From the NCBI GenBank assembly GCA_002718715.1, contig PBFJ01000009.1, forward strand, positions 723-64,722: a stretch of DNA of 64,000 bases, read 5' to 3'. This stretch comes from a bacterium (GTDB lineage: Bacteria > Patescibacteriota > Gracilibacteria > UBA1369 > GCA-2718715). This document shows positions 18,770 through 28,200 of the stretch, piece after piece (the stretch's first letter is position 1; each line of letters begins with the position of its first letter). Both the position numbers and the translations under genes were made by a program. A model generated the notes under the pieces. The model did not search any database. It was not told the DNA's origin and saw only the letters and a list, made by a program, of their open reading frames with translations.

Positions 18770-20589
18770 GAATTAGAAATATATATTTCTTCATTGTTAT
18801 AATCTACAATAAAATTTTCAACATTATCAATGTTTGGAAAACTATAAACCTTATTATAATCTAAAATATTTGATTCAACATCTTTATAATACCTAAATAT
18901 CTTATTAGATTTTGAATCAAGAGCATAAATAAAAGAATGATCAAAATCAGCAAAAACATCTTTAAGAGATTCTATTTTAACATATGGTTGATTTTGTAAA
19001 ACAAAACTTGAATCAATATCACCTTTAAAATACTTATTGAATTGGAATTTATCTGTGAATGCATACACTGCACCGTCAATTGCAATTTGAGTGGCACTTT
19101 CTAAAAAGTCCTGAGATTGCGTAAAATAATTACTTTTGGAATAGTAACCATTATTAACTCTTTGAAGTTTAAATATATTTTTATCCTGGTTATCTAAGAA
19201 GTATAATCTTTTACCATAAGCAAAAATATCTACAATAGAATCAGAAAATTCATTACTAACATTTAAACTTCTAATTCCTGAAATATTTAGTTCTTTTAGT
19301 TTGTTTTCATTATCTAAATAAATTATAGATTCATAGTCTGCACTGAATGTTTTTACTCTAGGGTTAAAATTTTCATCAAAACCTAAAATTTTCTGACTTT
19401 GGGTAGAAGCTAGATTTTGATAAAGTGATTTATTAGATGCAACCATTAAATCACCACCAGATAAAAACATTGTTTTTATTTCATGGCTTGGGTTTAAGCT
19501 TTCCATATCAAAAATTTCAAGTGGTTCATCTATTACAGAAACATTATCTAAAGTTAACATAACTTCCTGAATCTCATCCTTAAGATCATTTAAAACTTTG
19601 CTCTTTTGATTTAAACTCTCTAATTTATTAATTTTATCATTAGCTAAATTCAATGTGTAAAAGGCTCTATCAAGTGAAACTTCACTTTTAGCATTTATAA
19701 TTGTATTTTTTATGTTTTGGATTTCAGTAGCAACATCGATTCCCTCTTGGGTTTTTACATTTTTATTAAAAGTAAATACTAAACCGGAAATCAAAACAAT
19801 AATTAACAATAAAGTAATAAAAATCAAAAATATTCGTGAACTATGAGCACTTAAATTTAAATTTTTTATTGAAAATTTTGAACCTGTATTAGTAATTGAA
19901 TCTTCACTATCGTTAGTTTCTTTTAATTCAGAAATATAAGAAGACATTATACCAACTAAATGTTCTAAATTAGGATTCAAAGTCTCAAGTAAGCCTTCCT
20001 TAAAAGTATCAATATTTCTACTATACTTTAAAAAGTCATTAAAAGAAATATAACGAAGTATTCTATCTGATGAAATTATAAAATGATCACCAACTTGAAA
20101 TTCACCAGAAGCTACATTTGAAAAGAATTCATCTTGTGAAGCATCGACAAGAGCGTCAGAAATTTGATTTATCTGACCAGTTCTTAGCAAATACATATCT
20201 ATATCACCACGTTTAGTAAAAAATATCTTATTATTTACTAACAAAATTGCACCAACATCTATCTTTGGTAAATCTTCTTCTTTTAAATCAGTTCCATCAA
20301 AAAATTCCTCATAAAAAGTATTAACTTTTCGTAATCCTGATTCAAATCCAGCATAAGGATCTTTTTGTAATAATTTTAATAATTCAATTCTAAAATTATC
20401 AACTAATAAATCTGAAAACTCTGAAGCCTTTTCCATGTCTAAATTTTGAATTTTAATAAGAAATAAAACTTCAGCATTAAAATTCTCATCAGATAAATCT
20501 AATTCATATCCTTCTATATAGGTTTTCTCAGAAATTTCTTGATTATTGTTTGAAGTAAAAAATTCAACTTTTGAGTCAAAAAAATACAT
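18739..20589 (-). CDS. Large bitopic membrane protein, function unknown. It has a cytoplasmic N-domain, one TM and a ~350-aa external domain.
   Basis: TM IFLIFITLLLIIVLISGLVFTF at about residues 255-276. I am not confident of any family assignment. Confidence 0.55.
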   Translation of the reverse strand: MYFFDSKVEFFTSNNNQEISEKTYIEGYELDLSDENFNAEVLFLIKIQNLDMEKASEFSDLLVDNFRIELLKLLQKDPYAGFESGLRKVNTFYEEFFDGTDLKEEDLPKIDVGAILLVNNKIFFTKRGDIDMYLLRTGQINQISDALVDASQDEFFSNVASGEFQVGDHFIISSDRILRYISFNDFLKYSRNIDTFKEGLLETLNPNLEHLVGIMSSYISELKETNDSEDSITNTGSKFSIKNLNLSAHSSRIFLIFITLLLIIVLISGLVFTFNKNVKTQEGIDVATEIQNIKNTIINAKSEVSLDRAFYTLNLANDKINKLESLNQKSKVLNDLKDEIQEVMLTLDNVSVIDEPLEIFDMESLNPSHEIKTMFLSGGDLMVASNKSLYQNLASTQSQKILGFDENFNPRVKTFSADYESIIYLDNENKLKELNISGIRSLNVSNEFSDSIVDIFAYGKRLYFLDNQDKNIFKLQRVNNGYYSKSNYFTQSQDFLESATQIAIDGAVYAFTDKFQFNKYFKGDIDSSFVLQNQPYVKIESLKDVFADFDHSFIYALDSKSNKIFRYYKDVESNILDYNKVYSFPNIDNVENFIVDYNNEEIYISNSKKVFKFSLN

Positions 20590-20658
20590 AAATTTTGTTT
20601 ATTTGAATTATAATAACTAACTTTCGTTGATTTGATAATATTTTTTTCAAAAAATACT

Positions 20659-20687
20659 TTGACTTATTCAAAGTTTATCGATATTAT
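20659..20687 (+). promoter_or_regulatory. Candidate promoter of the rpmH operon (TTGACT-N17-TATTAT)
   Basis: TTGACT at 20659-20664 and TATTAT at 20682-20687, 24 nt upstream of the rpmH ATG. Confidence 0.5.
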
Positions 20688-20710
20688 GCGTTTACTTTAG
20701 TAGAAATCCC

Positions 20711-20839
20711 ATGTTATCTAAATTAAAACAAAGAAAAAGAAGAAGAACTCACGGTTTCTTAAGAAAAAGCCTATCTAACGGTGGAAGAAATGTTCTTAAA
20801 AGAAGAAGACAAAAAGGAAGAAAAACTCTTGCTCTTTAG
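20711..20839 (+). CDS. rpmH: 50S ribosomal protein L34 (42 aa). It is absent from the supplied ORF track because of its size.
   Basis: My translation is MLSKLKQRKRRRTHGFLRKSLSNGGRNVLKRRRQKGRKTLAL. It contains the L34 hallmarks RTHGF and GRxVLxxRRxKGRKxL, and it sits upstream of rnpA-yidC-jag. Confidence 0.9.
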   Translation: MLSKLKQRKRRRTHGFLRKSLSNGGRNVLKRRRQKGRKTLAL

Positions 20840-21167
20840 TTCTCTTAAATCTCAAGAAATAAACCAAGTTTTTCTAAGTAAAAACTCCTTTAAAAATGGG
20901 GTTTTTATTGTTAAATATTTAAAATCTAGTGGAGAGAAAATTTTAGTTACCTTTTCAAAGAAACTTAAATTAAATAAACCACAAAAAAATAAAGTCAAAA
21001 GACAAATACAACACATTCTAAGAGATGAATATAAAGAGTTAGAATTAAAAAATTTTCATATTGTATTTATTTTGATAAAATTACCTCAAGAAAATATTTT
21101 TCAATTACTAAAACAAAATATTAAATCTATATTAATTCAATTAAAAGATGTCGAAAAAACTATTTAA
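20781..21167 (+). CDS. rnpA: Ribonuclease P protein component. The true start is probably internal, for example TTG at 20829.
   Basis: Position between rpmH and yidC. Basic motif KNKVKRQIQHILRD (RNR-motif-like). The 5' part of the track ORF overlaps rpmH in another frame. Confidence 0.72.
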   Translation: MEEMFLKEEDKKEEKLLLFSSLKSQEINQVFLSKNSFKNGVFIVKYLKSSGEKILVTFSKKLKLNKPQKNKVKRQIQHILRDEYKELELKNFHIVFILIKLPQENIFQLLKQNIKSILIQLKDVEKTI

Positions 21168-22323
21168 CCTAGCTCTTATATTCCTTGTAATATCTTTGCT
21201 ACTGGGAAATTCATCACAGCCAAACAAAATAATTGAGAATCAAGAAAATCCAATTGTTTTTCAAACTAGTAGAACTCAATACAAACAAGGAAAAGCTCTT
21301 GAGCTTGAAATCATCAATCAAAGTCAAAAACAAATGAACTTTGACTTCAAATGTCCAAATCTACCATTTAATGTATACAAAATTCAAAATGGTAAAAAAC
21401 AAGAAGTTCTAGCTGGAAACAATCTTGATTGTAACGACAGTAAAATTAAAAATTTATTTAAATTTTCAATTAAACCTCTTTCAAAACATGTTTTCTCTGT
21501 TCAAAACTGGTCTAATCAATTATTTAGTAATCTTGGAACATTTGTAATCGAGAAAGATTTTATAATTGAAGGACAAACATATAAATCAGAATCTAATCAA
21601 TTTCAATATACTCAAAGAGGATTTTTTAGTAAAATCTGGAATGATTTAATCTACCAACCTCTTTTTAATATTCTAATATTAATTATTTCATTTTCACCTA
21701 ATCTAAATTTAGGTATTGCAATAATTATTTTAACTCTAGTTTTAAGAGCCATACTTCATAAGCAAAATAAGAAAGCTATGGTTGCTCAAAAAAAGCTTAG
21801 TAAAATTCAACCTAAATTGAATGAAATAAGAAAAAAATACAAAGATGATCAACAAAAAATGGCTCAAGAAACATTAAAAATTTGGAGCCAAGAAAAAATA
21901 AACCCTCTAAGTTCCCTTACTCCAATGCTAGTACAATTCCCAATTTTAATTGGATTATTCTATGTAATACAGGGAGTATTAAATTTAGACAATCAATATT
22001 TAATTTATGAAGTTCTTTCTCATATAAGACTTGAAGACATTGGAACTCAATTTACAAACTTAATAGATCTTAAGAAAACAAATAAGATTGTTTTACCGAT
22101 AATTGTAGCAGGTTTACAATTCACTCAAATGTATATGACGCTTCCAAAAACAGATGATAAAACTGATAGCACACAAAAAGGAATTCAAAATGGAATGCTT
22201 TACTTTATGCCAGCATTAATAGCAGTAGTTACGGCAACTCTACCATCAGGTGTAGGTTTATACTGGGGAACATCGACTTTAGTTGGAATTTGCCAACAAT
22301 ACTTTATAAACAAAGAAAACTAA
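21148..22323 (+). CDS. yidC: Membrane protein insertase YidC/Oxa1 family
   Basis: GIAIIILTLVLRAILHKQNKKAMVAQKKLSKIQPKLNEIRKKYKDDQQKMAQETLKIW...INPLSS..P.LVQFPILIGLFYV is the typical YidC core. It sits in the rnpA-yidC-jag context. Confidence 0.88.
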   Translation: MSKKLFNLALIFLVISLLLGNSSQPNKIIENQENPIVFQTSRTQYKQGKALELEIINQSQKQMNFDFKCPNLPFNVYKIQNGKKQEVLAGNNLDCNDSKIKNLFKFSIKPLSKHVFSVQNWSNQLFSNLGTFVIEKDFIIEGQTYKSESNQFQYTQRGFFSKIWNDLIYQPLFNILILIISFSPNLNLGIAIIILTLVLRAILHKQNKKAMVAQKKLSKIQPKLNEIRKKYKDDQQKMAQETLKIWSQEKINPLSSLTPMLVQFPILIGLFYVIQGVLNLDNQYLIYEVLSHIRLEDIGTQFTNLIDLKKTNKIVLPIIVAGLQFTQMYMTLPKTDDKTDSTQKGIQNGMLYFMPALIAVVTATLPSGVGLYWGTSTLVGICQQYFINKEN

Positions 22324-22340
22324 TTTAATTATTTTAAAAA

Positions 22341-22802
22341 ATGGAAGAATACATACAAGAGATTTTAGAGAATCTTTTAGAATCTCTAGGCGTAGATTAT
22401 CAAGATATACACATTGAAACTATTACAGGACTTGATGAACAAGAAGAATATTACTGTAATATCAATACAAGTAATGCGAGTCTATTAATTGGAAAAGGTG
22501 GTCAAAATTTAATGGCTTTTCAAGTTTTGGCAAAGCTAATTTTGAAAAAAAGATTGAATCAAAATCCCCCATCTCTTAGAATAGATGTAGACAGCTATCG
22601 CCAAAGACAAATTGAAAACTGTCTTGGATTAGCTGAAAAATATGTTGATAAACTCAATAAAACTAAAACCCCACAAAATCTACCACCAATGAAACCTTTC
22701 TATAGAAGAATTGTTCACATGCACATTGCAGAACATTATCCTGATATACAAACAGAAAGTCATGGTAGGGGTGAACATCGACATATAGTAATCAAACTCT
22801 AA
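22341..22802 (+). CDS. jag: Jag/KhpB-like RNA-binding protein (KH + R3H)
   Basis: KH-like LLIGKGGQNLMAFQVL and R3H-like PMKPFYRRIVHMHIAEH...GEHRHIVI. It is downstream of yidC. Confidence 0.8.
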   Translation: MEEYIQEILENLLESLGVDYQDIHIETITGLDEQEEYYCNINTSNASLLIGKGGQNLMAFQVLAKLILKKRLNQNPPSLRIDVDSYRQRQIENCLGLAEKYVDKLNKTKTPQNLPPMKPFYRRIVHMHIAEHYPDIQTESHGRGEHRHIVIKL

Positions 22803-22811
22803 AGATTTATT

Positions 22812-23987
22812 ATGAAGTCAATATATCCAAAAATCATCAGTCTTAGTATCCTATCTATACTAGGACTTTCTTTATTTCTAACCAACATTGCAGTAGCTCA
22901 ATTAAGTGATGTTCCAAATCATTTATACAAAAGAGAAATTCAAGGTTTATTAGATTCTGGTTGTATTAAAGGTTACCCAGATAATACCTTTAAACCAGAT
23001 AAACTTGTAAGCAGAGTAGAAACACTAAAATTCATTTTAGAATGTATGCAAATGCCTGAAATTTATAGTGAAGAAAAATTTAAACTACCAAAAAATGCAG
23101 TTGTTCTTGTAAATAATCAAGAAATAAAATTAGACCAGGAAAGTGAAGTAACATTTAAATTACCTTTTAATCCAAATCTATACTCAGATGTATCATTTTT
23201 AGATATAGACACAAACTCTTGGTATATTCCATACTTAAAAGAAGCTGTTATAAGAAAACTTATATCTGGATATGTAGACAACACATTCAAACCACTGAAT
23301 AATGTTAAAAAGAAAGAATTTTTCACGATCCTATACAGAGCTGTACCAGAAAACCTAAAAACTGGACTCACACAAGAAGCAATTGCTTTAGACGTGAATG
23401 AAAAAGATTGGTCATACGAAGCTATACAGTTTTTCCTAGAAAATAAAATATTAGACCTAGGTGAAAAAAGAATATTCAATCCTGATAAAGAATTAAACAG
23501 AGGTCACATAGCTAAATTTATTTTTGATTATTTAAGATGGGAAGAAACAAAACTTAATCCTATTAAAGAGGTGGTAAAAGAAGTTATTAAAGAGGTACCA
23601 AATCCAGAAATAAAACCTGAAGAAGACAACACTCCTGAACAAGTAGATACTAATACTCTTACTCCAACCAAAGATGAAAACCAAGTTGGATTTAAAACAA
23701 GTGGAAAAGCTAGTTTTTATGCTGATTCATTAGCAGGAAATAAGACAGCATCAGGAGATATTTATGATCCAGAAAGATTTATGGCAGCTCATAAGACCCT
23801 TGCATTTGGAACTATTGTAAAAGTTACCAATGTGAGCAACGGAAAATGGGTAAAAGTTGTTATTCAAGATAGAGGTCCATACGCCAAAAACAGATTAATA
23901 GACCTATCAAAAAGTTCATTTCAAGCACTTGACGACTTAAGCAAAGGTCTCATTAATGTAGAAATTGAAATACTAGAAACTCCTTAA
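22812..23987 (+). CDS. SLH-domain cell-wall-anchored RlpA-like (double-psi beta-barrel) lytic transglycosylase
   Basis: Signal peptide. SLH-like repeats (SDVPNHLYKREIQGLLDSGCIKGYPDNTFKPDKLVSRVE and SGYVDNTFKP). C-terminal GKASFYADSLAGNKTASGDIYDPERFMAAHKTLAFGTIVKVTN...VVIQDRGPY is RlpA/DPBB. Confidence 0.8.
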   Translation: MKSIYPKIISLSILSILGLSLFLTNIAVAQLSDVPNHLYKREIQGLLDSGCIKGYPDNTFKPDKLVSRVETLKFILECMQMPEIYSEEKFKLPKNAVVLVNNQEIKLDQESEVTFKLPFNPNLYSDVSFLDIDTNSWYIPYLKEAVIRKLISGYVDNTFKPLNNVKKKEFFTILYRAVPENLKTGLTQEAIALDVNEKDWSYEAIQFFLENKILDLGEKRIFNPDKELNRGHIAKFIFDYLRWEETKLNPIKEVVKEVIKEVPNPEIKPEEDNTPEQVDTNTLTPTKDENQVGFKTSGKASFYADSLAGNKTASGDIYDPERFMAAHKTLAFGTIVKVTNVSNGKWVKVVIQDRGPYAKNRLIDLSKSSFQALDDLSKGLINVEIEILETP

Positions 23988-23996
23988 CCAATTCTC

Positions 23997-24314
23997 ATGA
24001 ATAAAAAAACCACATTATCAAATTTAGTAAAAGAAACAATTTTTCTTCTTCAAGTTTTTTTGTGTGTGTTTATTTTATCTACAGGGATATTAATTATTAA
24101 AAATAATTCTAAAACGCAAAGCCTAGGATATAAAATCCAAGAAAATAAAATTGCCCAAAGTAATTTACTTAAAGTTCAAGAAGAGATCCAAAATCAAATT
24201 TTAAAAAATAAATCTATTGGAAACTTGAAAAACAAAGTTCAAATTATTAAGATGCAAAAAAATACAAACATAAAATTTTTAGAAGGAAGATACGAGAAAT
24301 TATCAAAAAAATAG
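23997..24314 (+). CDS. Small bitopic coiled-coil protein, FtsL/DivIC-like
   Basis: One TM (IFLLQVFLCVFILSTGILII) followed by LGYKIQENKIAQSNLLKVQEEIQNQILKNKSIGNL, an FtsL-like pattern. The call rests on topology and pattern only. Confidence 0.4.
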   Translation: MNKKTTLSNLVKETIFLLQVFLCVFILSTGILIIKNNSKTQSLGYKIQENKIAQSNLLKVQEEIQNQILKNKSIGNLKNKVQIIKMQKNTNIKFLEGRYEKLSKK

Positions 24315-24361
24315 TCTTGCAATTTAAATAAATTTTGATAAAATTTAATTACCTTAGAAAT

Positions 24362-24436
24362 GGTCCCATCGTCTAGTGGTTAGGACGCCAGGTTTTCATC
24401 CTGGAAACAGGGGTTCGATTCCCCTTGGGACTACCA
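24362..24436 (+). tRNA. tRNA-Glu (anticodon UUC), CCA encoded
   Basis: I hand-folded a 75-nt cloverleaf. Acceptor GGTCCCA/TGGGACT, D-arm GTCT-AGTGGTTA-GGAC, anticodon arm CCAGG-TTTTCAT-CCTGG, T-arm AGGGG-TTCGATT-CCCCT, discriminator A, then CCA. Confidence 0.93.
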
Positions 24437-24438
24437 AG

Positions 24439-24468
24439 AAACTTTTCTTTAGAAAAAGTTTTTTTTTA
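24439..24468 (+). terminator. Intrinsic terminator after tRNA-Glu
   Basis: The sequence aaacttttc-ttta-gaaaaagttt forms a hairpin followed by a T-run. Confidence 0.6.
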
Positions 24469-24508
24469 TACTTAAAAATTGTAAAATAAGGAAAAATAAC
24501 TAAGTAAA

Positions 24509-25270
24509 ATGAAAATAATATCTTGGAATCTAAATGGAATTAGAGCATGTATAACAAAAGGTTTACTTCAATTCATAAATCAAGAAAATGCAGAAATTTA
24601 CTGCTTTCAAGAAATTAAAGCATGTAAAGATAAAGTACCAGACTTAATAAATAACCTTGAAAATTATCACAAATATACTAATTCAGCTGAAAAAAAAGGT
24701 TACAGTGGGACAATGGTCTTATCAAAAGAAAAAGCCTTAGACGTAAAATTTGGAATTAAAAACCAAGAAAATCTAAATGAAGGTAGAGTTATTACCTTAG
24801 AATATAAAGATTTCTTTTTAGTAAATGTATACACTCCAAATTCAAAACAACAATTACTAAGACTAGACTTCAGACAACAATGGGATTTAGACTTTGCAAA
24901 TCATATTTTAGATCTAGACGAAATTAAACCTGTAATAATAACTGGAGATTTAAATGTTGCACACAAAGAAATTGATTTAGCTAATCCAAAAAGCAATTTA
25001 AGAAATCCAGGATTTACAATCGAAGAAAGAAATGGATTTCAAAGATTTATTGATTCACAATTCATTGATTGCTTTCGAATATTTAATCAAGAACCAAATA
25101 ATTATACATGGTGGAGCTATAGAACCAACGCAAGAAGCAGAAATGTAGGATGGAGAATAGACTACTTTTTAGCATCTGAAAATCTAAAAGAAAAAATCAC
25201 AAATTCTAAAATTCACGCAGACATACATGGTTCAGATCACTGTCCTATCTCGCTTGAGATTAAAATTTAA
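24509..25270 (+). CDS. xth: Exodeoxyribonuclease III (AP endonuclease)
   Basis: MKIISWNLNGIRA, CFQEIK, NVYTPN, GDLNVAH, WWSYR and SDHCPI are the canonical ExoIII/APE1 motifs. Confidence 0.92.
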   Translation: MKIISWNLNGIRACITKGLLQFINQENAEIYCFQEIKACKDKVPDLINNLENYHKYTNSAEKKGYSGTMVLSKEKALDVKFGIKNQENLNEGRVITLEYKDFFLVNVYTPNSKQQLLRLDFRQQWDLDFANHILDLDEIKPVIITGDLNVAHKEIDLANPKSNLRNPGFTIEERNGFQRFIDSQFIDCFRIFNQEPNNYTWWSYRTNARSRNVGWRIDYFLASENLKEKITNSKIHADIHGSDHCPISLEIKI

Positions 25271-28200
25271 AATCAGGATTTGATAAATCAACAAAAAATT
25301 CTTGAATTCCTGCAAAGTTTTTTTCGTACTTTGATGTATCAACTGATACATTTTTAGATATAAGCTTATGAACATTAATAATCACATTCTTTAACATTTC
25401 ATAAAATTGCGGATCAAAATCGAGTTTTACTTCCATTAAATTAATATTTTTAGCTTCAATAAAAATCAAAGAAGCAGATTTTTGAAAAGCAGCAAAAGAT
25501 TTTCCATACCATAAATTAATCAGTAAAACATAAAAATGAAGTTGGACTTTATATCTAAAAGCTTTTAACTTTTTATTTTCATTTCCTTTTAAAGTATCTA
25601 AATCTTCAATTGCCTTCCCTGTTTTAAAATCAACAATTTTTAAAACATTAGAGGTTTTATCAATATCTAGTAAATCAATTGCACCAATTAAGTTAATAAA
25701 AGTATCATCTACAGGCATTTTGGGGCTCAAAAATGACTCTACTAGGGGACTTTTATAATTTTGCATAGCAAAAAACTTAAAAATTCTTGGAAACAATATC
25801 AAAGCCTTTTTAATCATATCTTCTTTTTCCTCTTTAAAAACTGGAAGTCTTAATAATCGACCTTCCAAAAGTTCTATAACTACTTTTTCATCATACTTAT
25901 CAAAATTAACATTTTGTGAAAATAAATCTTCAATAACACCATGGACTAAAGAACCAAATATCAAAAATTTATTTGTTTGACTTGGAATCTTTAAAATATG
26001 TCTTTGAATAAAATCTTGATAATTAAAATCCACAATATTAATAAAATCAGTTATAGCTGTGGCAGAAAGTCTCCAATTTTTAAATAATCCATGAAAGTAC
26101 TCACTCTCCTTTTTGTTCAACACAAAATCTTCAAAAATATCTAATTCAAATGCCTCTACGTTGTCCTCTATATTTACTTCTATATCAACATGGTTTTCTT
26201 TAAGTTCTAAGGGAGACATAAAACTCAATTCATTTTTTTCTCTACCAGAATCTTTTAAAATATGTCTGGTAAATACCAAATTATTCTTTGCTCTTGTCAT
26301 TGCAACAAAAAACAATCTTAGAAAATCTTCTCGATTTTCTTTCTCTCTAACAAAATTCCAAGTCTCTGGTAATCTAATTTTAGAAATTTTTCCTTTATTC
26401 CATTTATCTTCATTACAATCAATAATAAAAACCGTTTCAAATTCAAGTCCCTTTGAACTATGTGCAGTAATTAAGTTAACCTTTTTTTCATGTTTTTGAA
26501 ATAATACAGGCAATTTCATATTATAATTAAGATCTTTAACCAATTCTAAAAATATTGAAAGATTCAAAATTGTATAATTTTGATTATTAAAATAATCATT
26601 TAAATTAGAATCTAATAATTTTAACGATTGAAAATTCTCCAAAACTTGATTCGATGAAAAATCTGCAAAGTAATTTCTGAAAACGGATTCAAAAAAACTA
26701 TTCTTTTTAGAATCAAGATACTTATAAAAAACTCTTAAAAAAGGAGTATCCTTAAACTTACCAGCTAATTCTATAAAGGAAATTATTAAAGCTTTTAAAT
26801 CTAAATCATCACTTTCTAAAAACACATCTACTAATTTACTCTTAGATTTCCTAACTTTATGTCCAAGCTCCCAAATCTTAATTCTTTCCACCTCACTAGC
26901 ATTCTGTAGAATAAAATTTAAAAATATTGCTTCAAAATTTCTATCCCCTTTATTATAAAGAACTACTAATTCAACAAATTCAACTAAAGTTTCAATAAAT
27001 TCTATTTCAAAAATATTTTTTGACAAACTTAATTCATATGGGATTTCAGCCTTCGAAAAATATTCAGAAAGTTTTTTTAAATCTCTATTATTTCTTGCGA
27101 TTACTGCAATTTCCGAAAGATCATGGTTTTGATTTATAAGCTTTTGAATAGAATTTTTTAAATATATACATTCCGCATCAAAAGTAGTAGTAGTAAAATA
27201 TGAAACATGTCCTTTTTTTTCTTTAAAAAAAGCGTCTAAATTTTTATTTACATCTTTAAAAATTGAAGTGACCCTTTTTTCTAAGGAATTAACTAGTTTC
27301 TGAGAGTAATCTACAACTTGAGAAGTTGATCTATAGTTTGTGTTTAACACTACAGTTTTTACATTAGAGAATAAATTTTTAAATTCTAAAATATTTGAAA
27401 TGCTTGCTCCTTGAAATTTATAAATAGCTTGATCATCATCCCCTACTACCATTAAATTAGGATCAAAATCATTGGAATTAGAAAGTAAAAGCTTTAAAAT
27501 TTTCATTTGTGCCAAATTTGTATCTTGAAACTCATCAACCATTATAAAATTAAATTTCTCTGAAACTTCCATTAAAAAATCATTATCAGTAGATAATAAT
27601 TCTAAGAAATCTAAAATTAAATCATCAAAAGAAGCTAAATTCTCTTCCTTAATCTTAATTTGAAAATCATCGTATAAACTAATTAAAGACTCTACTTTTT
27701 CAATACTTAAGTAACTCTTTAAAACTAATTCACCTTGATCTTTCGTTAGATACTCGGCTTTAAATTTAGATAAAGGCTTTGTTTCCTCATTCTCAACAGC
27801 TGTTCTTAAGGCAATTAAAAGTTGAGACTTTATATACTGACTATATTCATCATCTAAAAATTTAAAATTGCTAACTTGATTATAAATAAAATCAATTTTC
27901 TTCTTAGAAAGTCTATCCTTAAAAATTTGATTAAATAGTGAATTTAATGAATCATAAGAAGTTTTTAAATCACTAATATACCGATTTAATTCACTAGGTG
28001 TTAAAGCAGACTTTTTAAAATCATTTATATAACTAAAAACAGATGAAAAATAAATAAAAGATCCTTCGTTTTTAACACATAATTTATTAGACAAGGTTTG
28101 AGCGCTCATTAAATCATATAAAACTTGTTGGGCCTTTAAATCATTTAAGGTTTTTAAATTTTCAAATTTATGATTAAAAGAATTTAAAATATGATTAACA

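Noticed and set aside
20590-20710. Replication origin upstream of rpmH
   Set aside because: There is no dnaA gene nearby and no TTATCCACA-like boxes in the 121-nt spacer. It contains only a good sigma70-type promoter.
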